A stretch of 64,000 nt of DNA, from NCBI GenBank assembly GCA_031266915.1, contig JAISAB010000002.1, forward strand, positions 12,738-76,737, written 5' to 3'. The first letter of the stretch is position 1. Each line of letters starts with the position of its first letter. This stretch comes from Rickettsiales bacterium. Lineage in GTDB: Bacteria; Pseudomonadota; Alphaproteobacteria; Rs-D84. Both the position numbers and the translations under genes were made by a program. The notes under the pieces were generated by a model. It was given only the letters and a program-made list of their open reading frames with translations. It ran no database searches and was not told where the DNA came from. Shown one piece after another: positions 25,463-37,280 of the stretch.

Positions 25463-25554
25463 AATAGCAAATATCAAATAGCAATTTGGTGCAGAATTGG
25501 GCTATAACACCATAAACGGCACCCCATTTGCTATTTGATATTTGCTAATTGCTA

Positions 25555-25720
25555 TTTTTCTTCTGGACACGGGCGTCACAAAGGCGCACAATGCCATCAC
25601 AGGACCGCTAATCCAAACCATCCTTGGATTGTACATAGTTCCCGTTTTCAAAAATCCCGCATTTCCGCCGTCTCTTATTTCCCATTTATTGCCTAATCTA
25701 AACCATGGTTTTTATATCAT
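25555..25720 (+). promoter_or_regulatory. 165-bp duplicated promoter/5'-UTR block (second copy 63805..63965) containing TTATTGCCTAATCTAAACCATGGTTTTTATATC (-35/-10-like)
   Basis: About 90% identical to 63805..63965; the TTGCCT-N17-TATAT motif is also at 44290 and 44395; upstream of a secreted tail-fibre-like gene. Confidence 0.55.
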
Positions 25721-25743
25721 TCTTGGCAATGGGGAAAAGAGAG

Positions 25744-26385
25744 ATGAACAGAATAATTTCCAAGTTATCACGTGTGTTATTATGTGTGGCGCTTATCGCG
25801 TTATTTGCACCCATGTCGGCCCGGGCCGAAATCGCGTCTAAGTCCTATGTAGATAGTCTGGCGATGCCGAACGGTGACGATTACTTGCAAAAAGCCGGCG
25901 GCACGATGACCGGTGAAATCGCGATGGGCGGAAATAAAATAGCAGGTTTGGGCGCGCCGACGGACGGCGACGATGCGACGACCAAGGACTATGTTGATAA
26001 TCTGGCCGCGGCCGGCGGAGGGACCATCGGCGGCGGTTCCGTCCCATCGTGGGCCGCGCTGAACGGCGAAGACTGGGCGGACAGCGGCTGGGGCGTCAAA
26101 TGGGTTGTCGATAACGGAACATATATGGTTGACGGCGTCGGCACATGCCTGTCGACAGATAGCAGAAGCGGCATCCTACCCAGCACATTCGGTTACGGCC
26201 CGAACTGCTGGTGCAGGGTCGAAGGAATAAACAATACGCGCGTTTTGGGCGCCTGGGTGTTCAAGCATACTGAAAGCGGCGGCTATGAAGATTGTTATGC
26301 GACCTGCGCGTCAAGATGCGCCAATTGCGTACGCGTAGGCTCGTCCGATGGATGCAGCCGCGCCGCGTTGTTCACTGCGCCATGA
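25744..26385 (+). CDS. Secreted tail-fibre-like protein ('EIASKSYVD…GGTMTGEI…KDYVDN' N-terminus) with Cys-rich C-terminus
   Basis: Signal peptide MNRIISKLSRVLLCVALIALFAPMSARA; motifs recalled from phage tail-fibre/collar N-termini; C-terminal CWC…CYATCASRCANC. Confidence 0.55.
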   Translation: MNRIISKLSRVLLCVALIALFAPMSARAEIASKSYVDSLAMPNGDDYLQKAGGTMTGEIAMGGNKIAGLGAPTDGDDATTKDYVDNLAAAGGGTIGGGSVPSWAALNGEDWADSGWGVKWVVDNGTYMVDGVGTCLSTDSRSGILPSTFGYGPNCWCRVEGINNTRVLGAWVFKHTESGGYEDCYATCASRCANCVRVGSSDGCSRAALFTAP

Positions 26386-26389
26386 TAAT

Positions 26390-26605
26390 AAATAATAAAG
26401 AATAGATAATAAAGAATAAAAATATGTTCGGTCTAATTTCCCCTCCTATGGAGGGGTGGCGCGCGGATGCGCGACGGGGTGGTTAGAGGTTTCGAGATTA
26501 AATTTTGATTATCCAACCACCTCCCGGTCTTCGACCGTACTCCTCCAAAGGAGGAGAACTTAGACCGAACATATTTTTATTCTTTATTATTTATTCATTA
26601 AAAAG
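26390..26605. mobile_element. MITE-like non-coding element with terminal inverted repeats of about 30 bp (ataataaagaataaaaatatgttcggtctaa … ttagaccgaacatatttttattctttattat) enclosing several GC hairpins
   Basis: Terminal inverted repeats seen directly; a solo repeat-like sequence (aataaagaatagagaataaagaataaa) occurs at 2213..2245 next to the low-GC island. Confidence 0.55.
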
Positions 26606-26698
26606 GGCAAATATGATTCGCCCCTACATCACCTGGGTCGCGGGGTCAAGCCCCGCGATGACAAAGCAAGGAGTGACAGCCACTGGATGACAGCTTGA

Positions 26699-26822
26699 GA
26701 AATAGTCTATAGTCGATAGTCATTAGTCTATAGTGATTAGTATTTAGTTGATAATGCATAGTTGACTAGTTTACTGAACACTAACGACTATTGACTATAG
26801 ACTAATGATTATTGACTACACC
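26699..26822. repeat. TAGTNNN-heptad hairpin element
   Basis: tagtctatagtcgatagtcattagtctatagtgattagtatttagttgataatgcatagttgactagtt … and reverse-complement arm. Confidence 0.7.
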
Positions 26823-26863
26823 GTGTGGTTTTGTGATATGATGTTCCAACGGGGGGCGTCTGT

Positions 26864-28048
26864 ATGGCCAAAGACAAATATATTTCTATGAAAAAGTCCG
26901 TAAACGGATTCTCGTTCGCGAATCTGGGACTGTTCACCGGATTCGGAAACGGAATTTACAACGCCGTCTATTCGCTGGTTCTGCTGGAGATTTTCAAGAA
27001 TTCCGCGACGGTCGGAATCTATGTGTCAATCTATTCGGTGTTCTGCATGCTGGTCGCGCTGTTCGCGAACGAGCTTCTGCGCTATTTTTCCAAGGCCAAG
27101 CTGTTCTATTTCGCGATGATGGCGATGGCGGCGGGATATTTCATGATGGGATTTTCAATCAAGCCGGGAACGTTCATCTCGCTGGATTACGCGACGGGCG
27201 TCGCAATTGTGCTGGTGTCGGTGCTGCTGCCGCTGTTTATGGCGGATTTCTCGCGTAATGTCGGAATGGCGAAACTGAACGCGCGGTATCATCTGTGGCT
27301 GAATGCGGGCGCGCTGCTGGCGCCGATGGTTGCGATGTTCGTCGCCGGGCAGTTCGGAAACCGCAGCGCGTTTTTCGCATCGGCCATGGTGTATATGCTG
27401 GGATTCTGGTTCTTCAAGTATTTTAAAATCGTCCAGGAAGACAAAAAAGCGCGCAAGCCCAATCCGCGCCGCACGCTGAAATCGCTATGGCGCAACACGG
27501 CGTCGTTCTTTGTCCGCCGCGACCTGATGCGCGCGTATGTCGTGAATTTCGGGCATTACGCGCTGGCCAATATGCGGTATCTGTACGTGCCCATCATGAT
27601 GATTGAAAACGGTTTCAGCAAGGATACCCTGGGTCTGGTCCTGACAATCGGCATTATTCCCTATTTGATTCTGTCCGAGCCCATGGGCCGCCTGGCGCGT
27701 CGATTCGGAACCAAGCTGTGGATGTCTATTGGATTCCTGACGTTCGCGGGATTTTCCGTATGGGCCACGTTTGCGGGCGGGTGGACGCTGCCGCTTATCT
27801 TTATATTATGGCAAATATCGGGCGCGCTGATGGAGCCGGTGCACGATTTGATGTTCTTTAACGCCGCGAAAAAGGCCGAGCAGTCCAAATATTACGGCGT
27901 GTTCCGCACGTCCCAGAATCTGCCCAGCGTCGTCGCGCCGATGGTGGGCGCCGGCTTTATAACGTTTTTCGGCGGAACGTGGGCGGTATGGCTGGTGACG
28001 GCGGCCATCGGCGTTTTGTCGACATGGGTGCTGCTTTCTAAAAAATAG
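26864..28048 (+). CDS. MFS-family transporter
   Basis: 12 predicted transmembrane segments; MFS-like loop motifs. Confidence 0.75.
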   Translation: MAKDKYISMKKSVNGFSFANLGLFTGFGNGIYNAVYSLVLLEIFKNSATVGIYVSIYSVFCMLVALFANELLRYFSKAKLFYFAMMAMAAGYFMMGFSIKPGTFISLDYATGVAIVLVSVLLPLFMADFSRNVGMAKLNARYHLWLNAGALLAPMVAMFVAGQFGNRSAFFASAMVYMLGFWFFKYFKIVQEDKKARKPNPRRTLKSLWRNTASFFVRRDLMRAYVVNFGHYALANMRYLYVPIMMIENGFSKDTLGLVLTIGIIPYLILSEPMGRLARRFGTKLWMSIGFLTFAGFSVWATFAGGWTLPLIFILWQISGALMEPVHDLMFFNAAKKAEQSKYYGVFRTSQNLPSVVAPMVGAGFITFFGGTWAVWLVTAAIGVLSTWVLLSKK

Positions 28049-28049
28049 C

Positions 28050-28185
28050 GGATAGCATATAGCGGTAGTTGATAACCATTAGTGATTAGTGCATAGTGTT
28101 TAATTATTAGTAAACTAGTTAACTATTCACTATAAACTAATCACTATTAACTACTGACTAATGACTATTGACTAACAGTTGTTTT
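28050..28185. repeat. TAGTNNN-heptad hairpin element between MFS gene and recA
   Basis: …cattagtgattagtgcatagtgtttaattattagtaaactagttaactattcactataaactaatcactattaactactgactaatgactattgacta. Confidence 0.7.
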
Positions 28186-28223
28186 CTCTGTACCATTTGT
28201 CTTAAGAAAAAAGAGGAAAGGTT

Positions 28224-29309
28224 ATGGCAAAAAAAGAAGTCGCAAAGGCGCCGTCGGCGCCCGCGAAAAATCCCGCGCTGGAATCCGCTTTGGCGCAAAT
28301 TCAAAAACAATTCGGCAAGGACGCCATCATGAAAATGGGCGACGGCTCGCAGCAGAATATTGAGGCCATATCATCCGGCTCGCTGGGGCTGGACATCGCG
28401 CTGGGAATCGGCGGATACCCAAAGGGACGCATTGTCGAGATATACGGCCCGGAAAGTTCGGGCAAGACGACGCTGGCGCTGCATGCCGTGGCCGAGGCGC
28501 AGAAAAAAGGCGGAACATGCGCCTATATTGACGCCGAAAACGCGCTGGACCCGTCGTATGCCAAGAAACTGGGCGTGGACGTCGCGAACCTGATTATATC
28601 CCAGCCGTCCAGCGGCGAAGAGGCGCTGGAGATTGCTAACACCCTGATTTCCAGCGGCGCCGTCGACGTGGTCGTCGTGGATTCGGTCGCGGCCTTGATT
28701 CCCAAGGCCGAGCTGGAGGGTAACATCGGCGACACATTCATGGGCACGACGGCGCGCCTGATGTCGCAGTCTTTGAAAAAGCTGTCGGGCTCGGTGTCGC
28801 GTAGCAACACGCTGATGATTTTCATCAACCAAATCCGTATGAAAATCGGCGTCATGTTCGGTAATCCTGAAACTACGTCGGGCGGCAACGCGCTGAAATT
28901 CTACGCCTCGGTCCGCCTGGATATTCGCCGCATCGGCGCGATTAAGGACAAAGAGAGCGTGGTCGGAAACGAAACGCGCGTCAAGGTCGTCAAGAACAAG
29001 GTCGCGCCGCCTTTCCGCATCGTGGATTTCAAAATCATGTATGGCGAAGGCATTTCCCGCCTCAGCGAAATCATGGACATGGGCATCAAGTATGACCTGA
29101 TTGAAAAAGCCGGAAGCTTTTATTCGTACAACAACGAGCGCATGGGCCAGGGCGAGGCCAACGCCCGCCAGTGGTTGAAGGACAGGCCGGAAGTTCAGAA
29201 CGAATTGCTGAATAAAATTATGGCTAAATCGACCGGAATCGCCGAAGAAATGACGACCGGCCCGATTGCCGGCGAAGATGAAGACACGGACGCACCAGTC
29301 GGCGAATAG
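28224..29309 (+). CDS. recA: Recombinase RecA
   Basis: [20 protein letters not shown]2 loop, …acidic C-terminal tail. Confidence 0.95.
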   Translation: MAKKEVAKAPSAPAKNPALESALAQIQKQFGKDAIMKMGDGSQQNIEAISSGSLGLDIALGIGGYPKGRIVEIYGPESSGKTTLALHAVAEAQKKGGTCAYIDAENALDPSYAKKLGVDVANLIISQPSSGEEALEIANTLISSGAVDVVVVDSVAALIPKAELEGNIGDTFMGTTARLMSQSLKKLSGSVSRSNTLMIFINQIRMKIGVMFGNPETTSGGNALKFYASVRLDIRRIGAIKDKESVVGNETRVKVVKNKVAPPFRIVDFKIMYGEGISRLSEIMDMGIKYDLIEKAGSFYSYNNERMGQGEANARQWLKDRPEVQNELLNKIMAKSTGIAEEMTTGPIAGEDEDTDAPVGE

Positions 29310-29336
29310 GGTAGCGCAATGGATTAAAGCAAGAGG

Positions 29337-30239
29337 ATGGGTATGAATTTTCCAAGATTCTGGGCGTTGACCAAGATTCTGTTTCAGTCGCATGTGTTCA
29401 ATTGGTTTTGGCGCCCGCGCGCGCGCCGCAGCGAAGTCAGAACGCGCGTTCTGTCCAGCGTCGCGCCGGGTTATTTCAAGCGATATTTGCACGCGGCCGC
29501 CGCGGTTCGCGAAGAAGAAGTCATCCGGGACGACCGGCGCGACAAAATATTCACCATCTGGCAGCAGGGCGAGCAAGCCGCCCCCGAATTGGTCAAGGCG
29601 TGCTTTCGCGCTATCCGCAAAAATTGCAAACAGGAATTGGTCGTCTTGGACGACAATAATCTATTCGACTATATCGATTTGCCGAAAATCATCGTCGACA
29701 AATACAAAAAAGGCCGAATCCGGCGCGCGCACTTCGCGGATATTTGCCGCGTGGAATTGCTGTACCGCTACGGCGGATATTGGATGGACGCGACCGACTT
29801 TGCGGTCGGCCCGATTCCAAAATCCATCGAAGACCTGGATTTCTTCGTCTATCTGGTGGGGGACCATGTCGGACAGAAATACATGTATATGCAGAACTGC
29901 TTTATCCGCGCGCGCCGTGGCGCGTATCTGCTGGCCGCGTGGCGCGCCATGATTTTGGAATACTGGATTCACGAACCGAAAAGCTTTGATTACTTCATGC
30001 ACCAGATGCTGTTCCAAACGCTGGTGGAGAACGACCCGCGCGCCAAAAAATATTTCGCCGAAATGCCGCACGTCGACCAGTATCTGACGCACATCTTGTG
30101 GCATGCTTATAAATACAGGCCGTTCGACCGGAAAAAGTTCGAGGAGTTAACAGCCGGTGTGTTTTTTCAAAAGATTAGCTATAATGATGCGGTCAAACGC
30201 GGAACTTATGCCGACGCCATGACGCAAATGTACAAATAA
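29337..30239 (+). CDS. Glycosyltransferase with DxD sugar-binding region (GT32/Och1-like)
   Basis: …DICRVELLYRYGGYWMDATD… typical of the Gly_transf_sug / GT32 DxD motif. Confidence 0.55.
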   Translation: MGMNFPRFWALTKILFQSHVFNWFWRPRARRSEVRTRVLSSVAPGYFKRYLHAAAAVREEEVIRDDRRDKIFTIWQQGEQAAPELVKACFRAIRKNCKQELVVLDDNNLFDYIDLPKIIVDKYKKGRIRRAHFADICRVELLYRYGGYWMDATDFAVGPIPKSIEDLDFFVYLVGDHVGQKYMYMQNCFIRARRGAYLLAAWRAMILEYWIHEPKSFDYFMHQMLFQTLVENDPRAKKYFAEMPHVDQYLTHILWHAYKYRPFDRKKFEELTAGVFFQKISYNDAVKRGTYADAMTQMYK

Positions 30240-30252
30240 CTGGGGGTGCGCT

Positions 30253-31260
30253 ATGCCGGCAATATCGGTCGTGATACCTGTATATAATGTTGAAAAATAC
30301 CTGCGGCGCTGTTTGGACAGCGTCGCGGGTCAGACTTTCTCGGACTGGGAGGCGATTTGCGTCAACGACGGCAGCCCTGACAACAGCGCCGCGATACTGG
30401 CCGAATACGCCGCACGCGACAAGCGGTTCAAAGTCATCACCAAGGAAAACGGCGGCCTGTCCGACGCGCGCAATGTCGGCACGGACGCCGCGACCGGCGA
30501 CTATCTGATTTATTTGGATTCGGACGATTTTATTCATCCCCAGACGATGGAATTTTCCTATGCGCTGGCGCAGCGCGACGGTTCCGACATCGTATCCTGG
30601 TACAAGGATAAGTTCTTTCGCCCGCAGTTGCTGATATGGTACAAGCTGGGGTTCGACATCGATTCCATGATGCCGCGCCGAATCAAAAAAAGGTACAAGC
30701 TGGAAAAAATCAGGACATGCGTCACGGACGATGTCTTCGCGCATACGACCGAGCGTCCGAACAGCAGCATCAAATGGCCCATCAAGCATTTTTACGTATG
30801 GCGCCATTTAATCCGCCGCGAATTCATCAAAGGAATAAAATTCATCAAGGGAATCACTTTCGAGGATTTTCCCTGGTGGTCCGAGGTCATGCTGCACCAT
30901 CCGCGCGTCACGATTACCAAGCTGCCGTTCCTTTATTACTTTCCGAACCTTAATTCCATCGACATGGCGTCCAACGAGGTCAAGAAAGTGCGCAACTGGA
31001 TAATCGGTTTGGAATCGTCTTACAATATGTACAGGGCACGGGCGACCGATTATGAAAAGATCGCATGGGAACGCGAAGTCATGTGGCCGGTCATCGTCTA
31101 TCAGATTTTTCGCAAGGTAAGATATATCAAAAAGTCGGCGGATGCCGAATTTATCAAAGAGACGTTGCTGCGTTTCAAAGAAATGGGCATGTTCGACAAT
31201 CCACAGACCTGGCGGGCAAAAATATATCAGCGCAGAATTTTGAAGTATATCAATCAATAG
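30253..31260 (+). CDS. Family 2 glycosyltransferase
   Basis: ISVVIPVYNVEKYLRRCLDSV…NDGSPD…YLDSDD GT2 motifs. Confidence 0.8.
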   Translation: MPAISVVIPVYNVEKYLRRCLDSVAGQTFSDWEAICVNDGSPDNSAAILAEYAARDKRFKVITKENGGLSDARNVGTDAATGDYLIYLDSDDFIHPQTMEFSYALAQRDGSDIVSWYKDKFFRPQLLIWYKLGFDIDSMMPRRIKKRYKLEKIRTCVTDDVFAHTTERPNSSIKWPIKHFYVWRHLIRREFIKGIKFIKGITFEDFPWWSEVMLHHPRVTITKLPFLYYFPNLNSIDMASNEVKKVRNWIIGLESSYNMYRARATDYEKIAWEREVMWPVIVYQIFRKVRYIKKSADAEFIKETLLRFKEMGMFDNPQTWRAKIYQRRILKYINQ

Positions 31261-31352
31261 TCATTAGTGAGTAGTGCATAGTTTATAGTGATTAGTGAAT
31301 TAGTTAACTATGCACTATAAACTAAGCACTAATCACTATGCACTAACTATTA
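31256..31352. repeat. TAGTNNN-heptad hairpin element between convergent glycosyltransferase genes
   Basis: tagtcattagtgagtagtgcatagtttatagtgattagtgaattagtt | aactatgcactataaactaagcactaatcactatgcactaacta. Confidence 0.7.
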
Positions 31353-32210
31353 AATATTGTATTCCCGGAATCGCGATGGGATTTTTGTGACCAGTTTGAT
31401 GCCAAACATAAACGGCTTGTTCCATGCATATGGCGGTCGGAATACCGTCTGCATCGCGCGCGCCAATTTGATATAGGACGCGCGGCGGCGCTTTTTCCGT
31501 GTGATGATAAAAATCGTTTCGGCGCGGCGCGCCAGATGTTTCCGCCAATTCGGATTCCGGTCGCCGATTTTGTTTCGAAGCATCTCGTAATCAACACTGC
31601 CGAAATGCAACAGGTGCAGATTTTTATCAATATGGAAATTGTGTCTTTTGACGCTGTGAAATCCGCTGCCCCAGCGCAGCGGTTTCGCCAAGACCACAGG
31701 CTTGGTATAGCGCGTCGACAGCAGGGCGTATTCGCGCTGCGCCAGGAATGGCTCGTTCGCGTCCAATGGATATTCGCGATTCAAATCCTGACCGACGTCC
31801 AGGCCCAGGCCTGAAACAGAGGTTTTAATGTCCGCGTCCGACAAATATTGTTTCAGCGTCTTGCCAACCGCCGGGTTGACGACCAGGAATTCGTCGCAAT
31901 CGCATCCGATAACCAAGTCATATCCCTGGGCAAACAATTCCGTGGCCCGTTTTGACAGCAATCTGATGCGGTGTTTGTCGCCGGCCCGGCGGGACAGCCC
32001 GTCGATATGTTCCATCTTGGTTATATGGGCGTTTCGGGCGCCGCCTGGGATTTTCTGGTCCAGACCGTCAAGGTAGATGTACAGATTTTCTTCGCCCAAT
32101 TGTTCGCCGTAATAGGCAATCCAACGGTTCAGAAAGAACTCGTCATTTCGCGCCATAGTTATCGCGGCGATTCTATTCCCGCGCCGACGGGAATCCTTTG
32201 TATTTGACAT
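31350..32210 (-). CDS. Putative glycosyltransferase (GT2-like fold)
   Basis: Within the glycosyltransferase cluster; IAAITMARNDEFFLNRWIAYY…YLDGLD resembles GT2-type N-terminal motifs (weak). Confidence 0.45.
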   Translation of the reverse strand: MSNTKDSRRRGNRIAAITMARNDEFFLNRWIAYYGEQLGEENLYIYLDGLDQKIPGGARNAHITKMEHIDGLSRRAGDKHRIRLLSKRATELFAQGYDLVIGCDCDEFLVVNPAVGKTLKQYLSDADIKTSVSGLGLDVGQDLNREYPLDANEPFLAQREYALLSTRYTKPVVLAKPLRWGSGFHSVKRHNFHIDKNLHLLHFGSVDYEMLRNKIGDRNPNWRKHLARRAETIFIITRKKRRRASYIKLARAMQTVFRPPYAWNKPFMFGIKLVTKIPSRFREYNI

Positions 32211-32212
32211 TT

Positions 32213-33085
32213 TTAAAATCCCCCAGAAGTTGATTTATACAACGCGTAGCGAATGTTTCGGAATAATATCTTGAACGGATTGCGCGTCAGCAGTTTCGAC
32301 ACGTATTCGCGGCCATACTGTCGTTCGGCATTTTGAATCACTGCGCTGCGAACATGCGCGGGCGCGCGATTCAGCACGTACAATATCTGCCGCCCCAGCG
32401 CACCGTTGTGGCGGGTTAGCGCCAGCTTTTTCATAAAGGGAAAACCGCGGTGGAACAGCCGCGCGACCCGGTTGTAAATCCCGCGGTTTTTTATCGTGTA
32501 CGCGCATCCCCACGGAATGTTCCTTTTAATAAGATTGCGGGTAAAGCCTTGTTCGTAAAGACGGGTTATGGCGCCTTTTTCATTATGACGCGCCACGCCG
32601 CGCATAAATGTGCCAAACCAATCCGCGGCGAAGACGCTTGGGGACATGCCGATAAACCAGGACTGGATATGCGGATGTTTGGGATTCGGATTGCAAGTGG
32701 CGCCGGTCGCGTCCCAACGGGACGATTCCATCCGTTCGACAAGCGGCCCCAACGGGCGCAGCGGCGCGTACACCGAATCGTTAACCATATAGACCCAGTC
32801 ATAACCGGATAAATCAAGATTCTCGGACGCCCAGATATAGGCGCGCTTGTAACTGCCGAAATCATATTCTTTGTGACGATTGGCGCCGGCGTGCAGCACG
32901 AACGGCGCGACCTTATTTAATTCGTCGGCCGCGACGTCGTTGTCCATATACAGGACGACGTCGCCCAATTCATTCAGCGCTGACAGATAAACCAGCAGGG
33001 AATCGTCGACAATTCCATGATTCTGGTCCTTCGGGTCGAATGCCGCGAATAAAAACAGGCGTTTTGGCGTCATTTTTTTGTACAT
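32213..33085 (-). CDS. Putative polysaccharide-biosynthesis glycosyltransferase (rhamnan-synthesis RgpF-like)
   Basis: Cluster context and weak remembered similarity; no search was run. Confidence 0.4.
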   Translation of the reverse strand: MYKKMTPKRLFLFAAFDPKDQNHGIVDDSLLVYLSALNELGDVVLYMDNDVAADELNKVAPFVLHAGANRHKEYDFGSYKRAYIWASENLDLSGYDWVYMVNDSVYAPLRPLGPLVERMESSRWDATGATCNPNPKHPHIQSWFIGMSPSVFAADWFGTFMRGVARHNEKGAITRLYEQGFTRNLIKRNIPWGCAYTIKNRGIYNRVARLFHRGFPFMKKLALTRHNGALGRQILYVLNRAPAHVRSAVIQNAERQYGREYVSKLLTRNPFKILFRNIRYALYKSTSGGF

Positions 33086-33147
33086 CTTTTCTTGGAACGT
33101 ATATATAATATACCTGTTTGATTATCAATTTGCAACAGGCAGGTACA

Positions 33148-34353
33148 ATGTCGTATAAAATCTATGCGCCGGACGGTTTCGGAAAATACTTCGAAAGAAA
33201 GACCAGAAAACAAATCATCAAGTCGGGACTGCCGATTGAAAACGTGGCCGGTGGAGTTATCGCCGTGGACCAACAGACGCGTGCGTACGGCGTGTTTACC
33301 AAAGATTTCAAATTCGTGAAGTCGTCGCTGCAGAAACGCAACCAAGACGGCCAGTTTATTCCGAAAATCGCCCGACAAAAGGATATTCCGTTCATCGACG
33401 CGGATGCGCTGTATTTGGGAAATGTTTATCCGCAGTTCGGACACTTTCTGCTGGAACATATGAACAGGGCCTGGGGCCTGCTTGACGACAGGTACGGGAA
33501 CGCAAAGGTCGTCCTGGTCCGAAATAAAAAATGCGATGTGCCGGAATGGATGTACGCCCTGGTGGAAATGATTGGCGTCCGCCGCGACGACATTATCGTC
33601 CTGGACCGGACCACACGGTTCCGCAGCGTTATTGTCCCGGCCCAGGGCTTTAACATTCCCGTGTATTCGTCCCGGGAATATCAGACCGCATTCGACAAGA
33701 TGGCCGCCCGTGCGTCCGCGCCGGACGTCGTTCACGAGAAGATCTATTTGTCGCGCGCGGCGCTGAGTCCAAGGCGCATACATGGCGAAGAAAAAATCCA
33801 AAGAATATTTGAAAAGAACGGCTTTTACATCGCATATCCCGAAAAGATGCCGCTGAGGGAACAAGTGTCGCTGATGAAGAATTGCAAAGTGCTGGCCGGT
33901 TTGGCAGGGACTGCGCTGCATCTGGCGCTGTTTATGCCCGCCGGCGGCCGGGTCATTCAAATAAAAAGAAACCGTCGGAATAAATGCAATGCGCCGATAC
34001 AATATCTGATAAATAAAAACAAGAATATCGATTCGGTATTCATATGGGCATCGCTGGAAAAATACAAAACCGACCACGGAACGCTGGGCTTGCAGATTGT
34101 CGGCGTCACCAGATACATGCGCGAATTCTTTCGCGATTTCGGTTTTGAGTGCAGCCAGGAAGACCTGTGCCCTGACGTCGCCGAATGGAATCGATACAAA
34201 GACGCGCTGGCCGCATATAAAAAGGAAAAGGGCGGCATGCTGGCGAACGATGTCAAACGACTGGCGATCAAATTGTCGGCCTGCGCGGTTCCAGGCCGGA
34301 TGCGGCGCGGGCGCTTTCGCAAATGGATGAAAAGGAGATTAAAGGTGGAATAA
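33148..34353 (+). CDS. GT61/DUF563-like glycosyltransferase
   Basis: …KVLAGLAGTALHLALFMPAGGRVIQI… matches the characteristic DUF563 C-terminal motif; ATG at 33148 (MSYKIY). Confidence 0.5.
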   Translation: MSYKIYAPDGFGKYFERKTRKQIIKSGLPIENVAGGVIAVDQQTRAYGVFTKDFKFVKSSLQKRNQDGQFIPKIARQKDIPFIDADALYLGNVYPQFGHFLLEHMNRAWGLLDDRYGNAKVVLVRNKKCDVPEWMYALVEMIGVRRDDIIVLDRTTRFRSVIVPAQGFNIPVYSSREYQTAFDKMAARASAPDVVHEKIYLSRAALSPRRIHGEEKIQRIFEKNGFYIAYPEKMPLREQVSLMKNCKVLAGLAGTALHLALFMPAGGRVIQIKRNRRNKCNAPIQYLINKNKNIDSVFIWASLEKYKTDHGTLGLQIVGVTRYMREFFRDFGFECSQEDLCPDVAEWNRYKDALAAYKKEKGGMLANDVKRLAIKLSACAVPGRMRRGRFRKWMKRRLKVE

Positions 34354-34426
34354 AGAATGGTTTCGTTCGAAAATCAAAACATGCGGGAACAAAAGCTCTG
34401 CGGATTGTTGTTTTGAATTCTCGTCA

Positions 34427-34858
34427 TTATTCGCATTCGTTTTTTATGCAAGGAATGTCATTATAAACCGCAGTTGCCTGTTCCTTGTTTAATTTTCGAA
34501 CAATTATGCATTCCATTGCATTGTCACCAGTGTAAAGCCTTTGAGTCGGAGCATAAGGATTTTCAGCTTTGAAATAAATCCAACTATCGTTTGTGTTCCA
34601 AAGCGCGGAGACTTTGGAGTAATCTTCTTCATATTTTATCGTGCCATTATCGTTCGTAGCCTGTGTCATTGTCACGGTATATCCGGCACCCGCGCCAACC
34701 AAAACGGATGAATCAAAAATCAAAATATCCAACTCTTGTGAAAAATTTTCATTTTTACATAACAGGCTTATGCCGGATATTGGCAATCGGGCTGGATTGT
34801 CATTCGCAGCGCAAGACGCCAGCAAGCCGATTAATACGGTGCTTATAAGTTTCTTCAT
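34427..34858 (-). CDS. Hypothetical lipoprotein (low GC)
   Basis: Lipobox LLASCA; about 40% GC. Confidence 0.5.
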   Translation of the reverse strand: MKKLISTVLIGLLASCAANDNPARLPISGISLLCKNENFSQELDILIFDSSVLVGAGAGYTVTMTQATNDNGTIKYEEDYSKVSALWNTNDSWIYFKAENPYAPTQRLYTGDNAMECIIVRKLNKEQATAVYNDIPCIKNECE

Positions 34859-34876
34859 ATTGTTTGCACGTTTTTC

Positions 34877-36709
<1,833 letters not shown>

Positions 36710-36918
36710 TTTTTTACCTTTGTTATTGCGGGATGTTCCGCCTTTGCGAAACGAACGCATCCGATTTTTTCACAATCCCAAGATTATACTATAAAATCGC
36801 GATTTCAACAAATAATACGGCCATTTTGCAGAAAAATCGCGAGCGGCCAAAGTTACTGTTGACAAAATATAATATTTGTGTTATTATTACGATTGTAAGA
36901 GCCTAAGGAAAAACGATA

Positions 36919-37239
36919 ATGTTTACTGAGAAATATGAACTTTTTGACGAACGCGCCGTTAATGTCGGAATCCCCTGTAACCGCTATTCGTGCATTTACG
37001 CGCCGCGCGCGACGGCCATCGCCGGCGTTGCGGCCGATATTATTTTCTGCGGCGACGCGACCAAGCTTGACATAGCATGCCAAGACGTTCGCCGCGGCCG
37101 GTGGGTTTTCAAAGACGGCGTCATACGCAGCCGAACGGACAAGGCGTTCGAATATATCCCAGAAACAGACCCAAACAGCCAGATTGCGAATGTTTTGGTC
37201 GAGGCGGGGGCGCTGTTGAAAGAGATTAGGGGAAGATAA
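36919..37239 (+). CDS. Hypothetical protein (106 aa)
   Basis: Shine-Dalgarno aaggaaaaacgataATG; followed by a strong terminator. Confidence 0.45.
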   Translation: MFTEKYELFDERAVNVGIPCNRYSCIYAPRATAIAGVAADIIFCGDATKLDIACQDVRRGRWVFKDGVIRSRTDKAFEYIPETDPNSQIANVLVEAGALLKEIRGR

Positions 37240-37249
37240 GCCTTTGTTG

Positions 37250-37276
37250 AAAACCGCCCGCCCGGGCGGTTTTTTC
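37250..37276 (+). terminator. Rho-independent terminator (aaaaccgcccgcccgggcggttttttc)
   Basis: GC hairpin plus T-run. Confidence 0.75.
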
Positions 37277-37280
37277 GTAA

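Noticed and set aside
28186-28223. LexA/SOS box upstream of recA
   Set aside because: Only a weak GTTT-N5-GTAC resemblance to the alphaproteobacterial GTTC-N7-GTTC box, not convincing.
36760-36900. The extended N-terminus of the typA ORF (start at 36760)
   Set aside because: The conserved GTPase N-terminus begins at [18 protein letters not shown]. The upstream 17 codons are unconserved and lack a Shine-Dalgarno.
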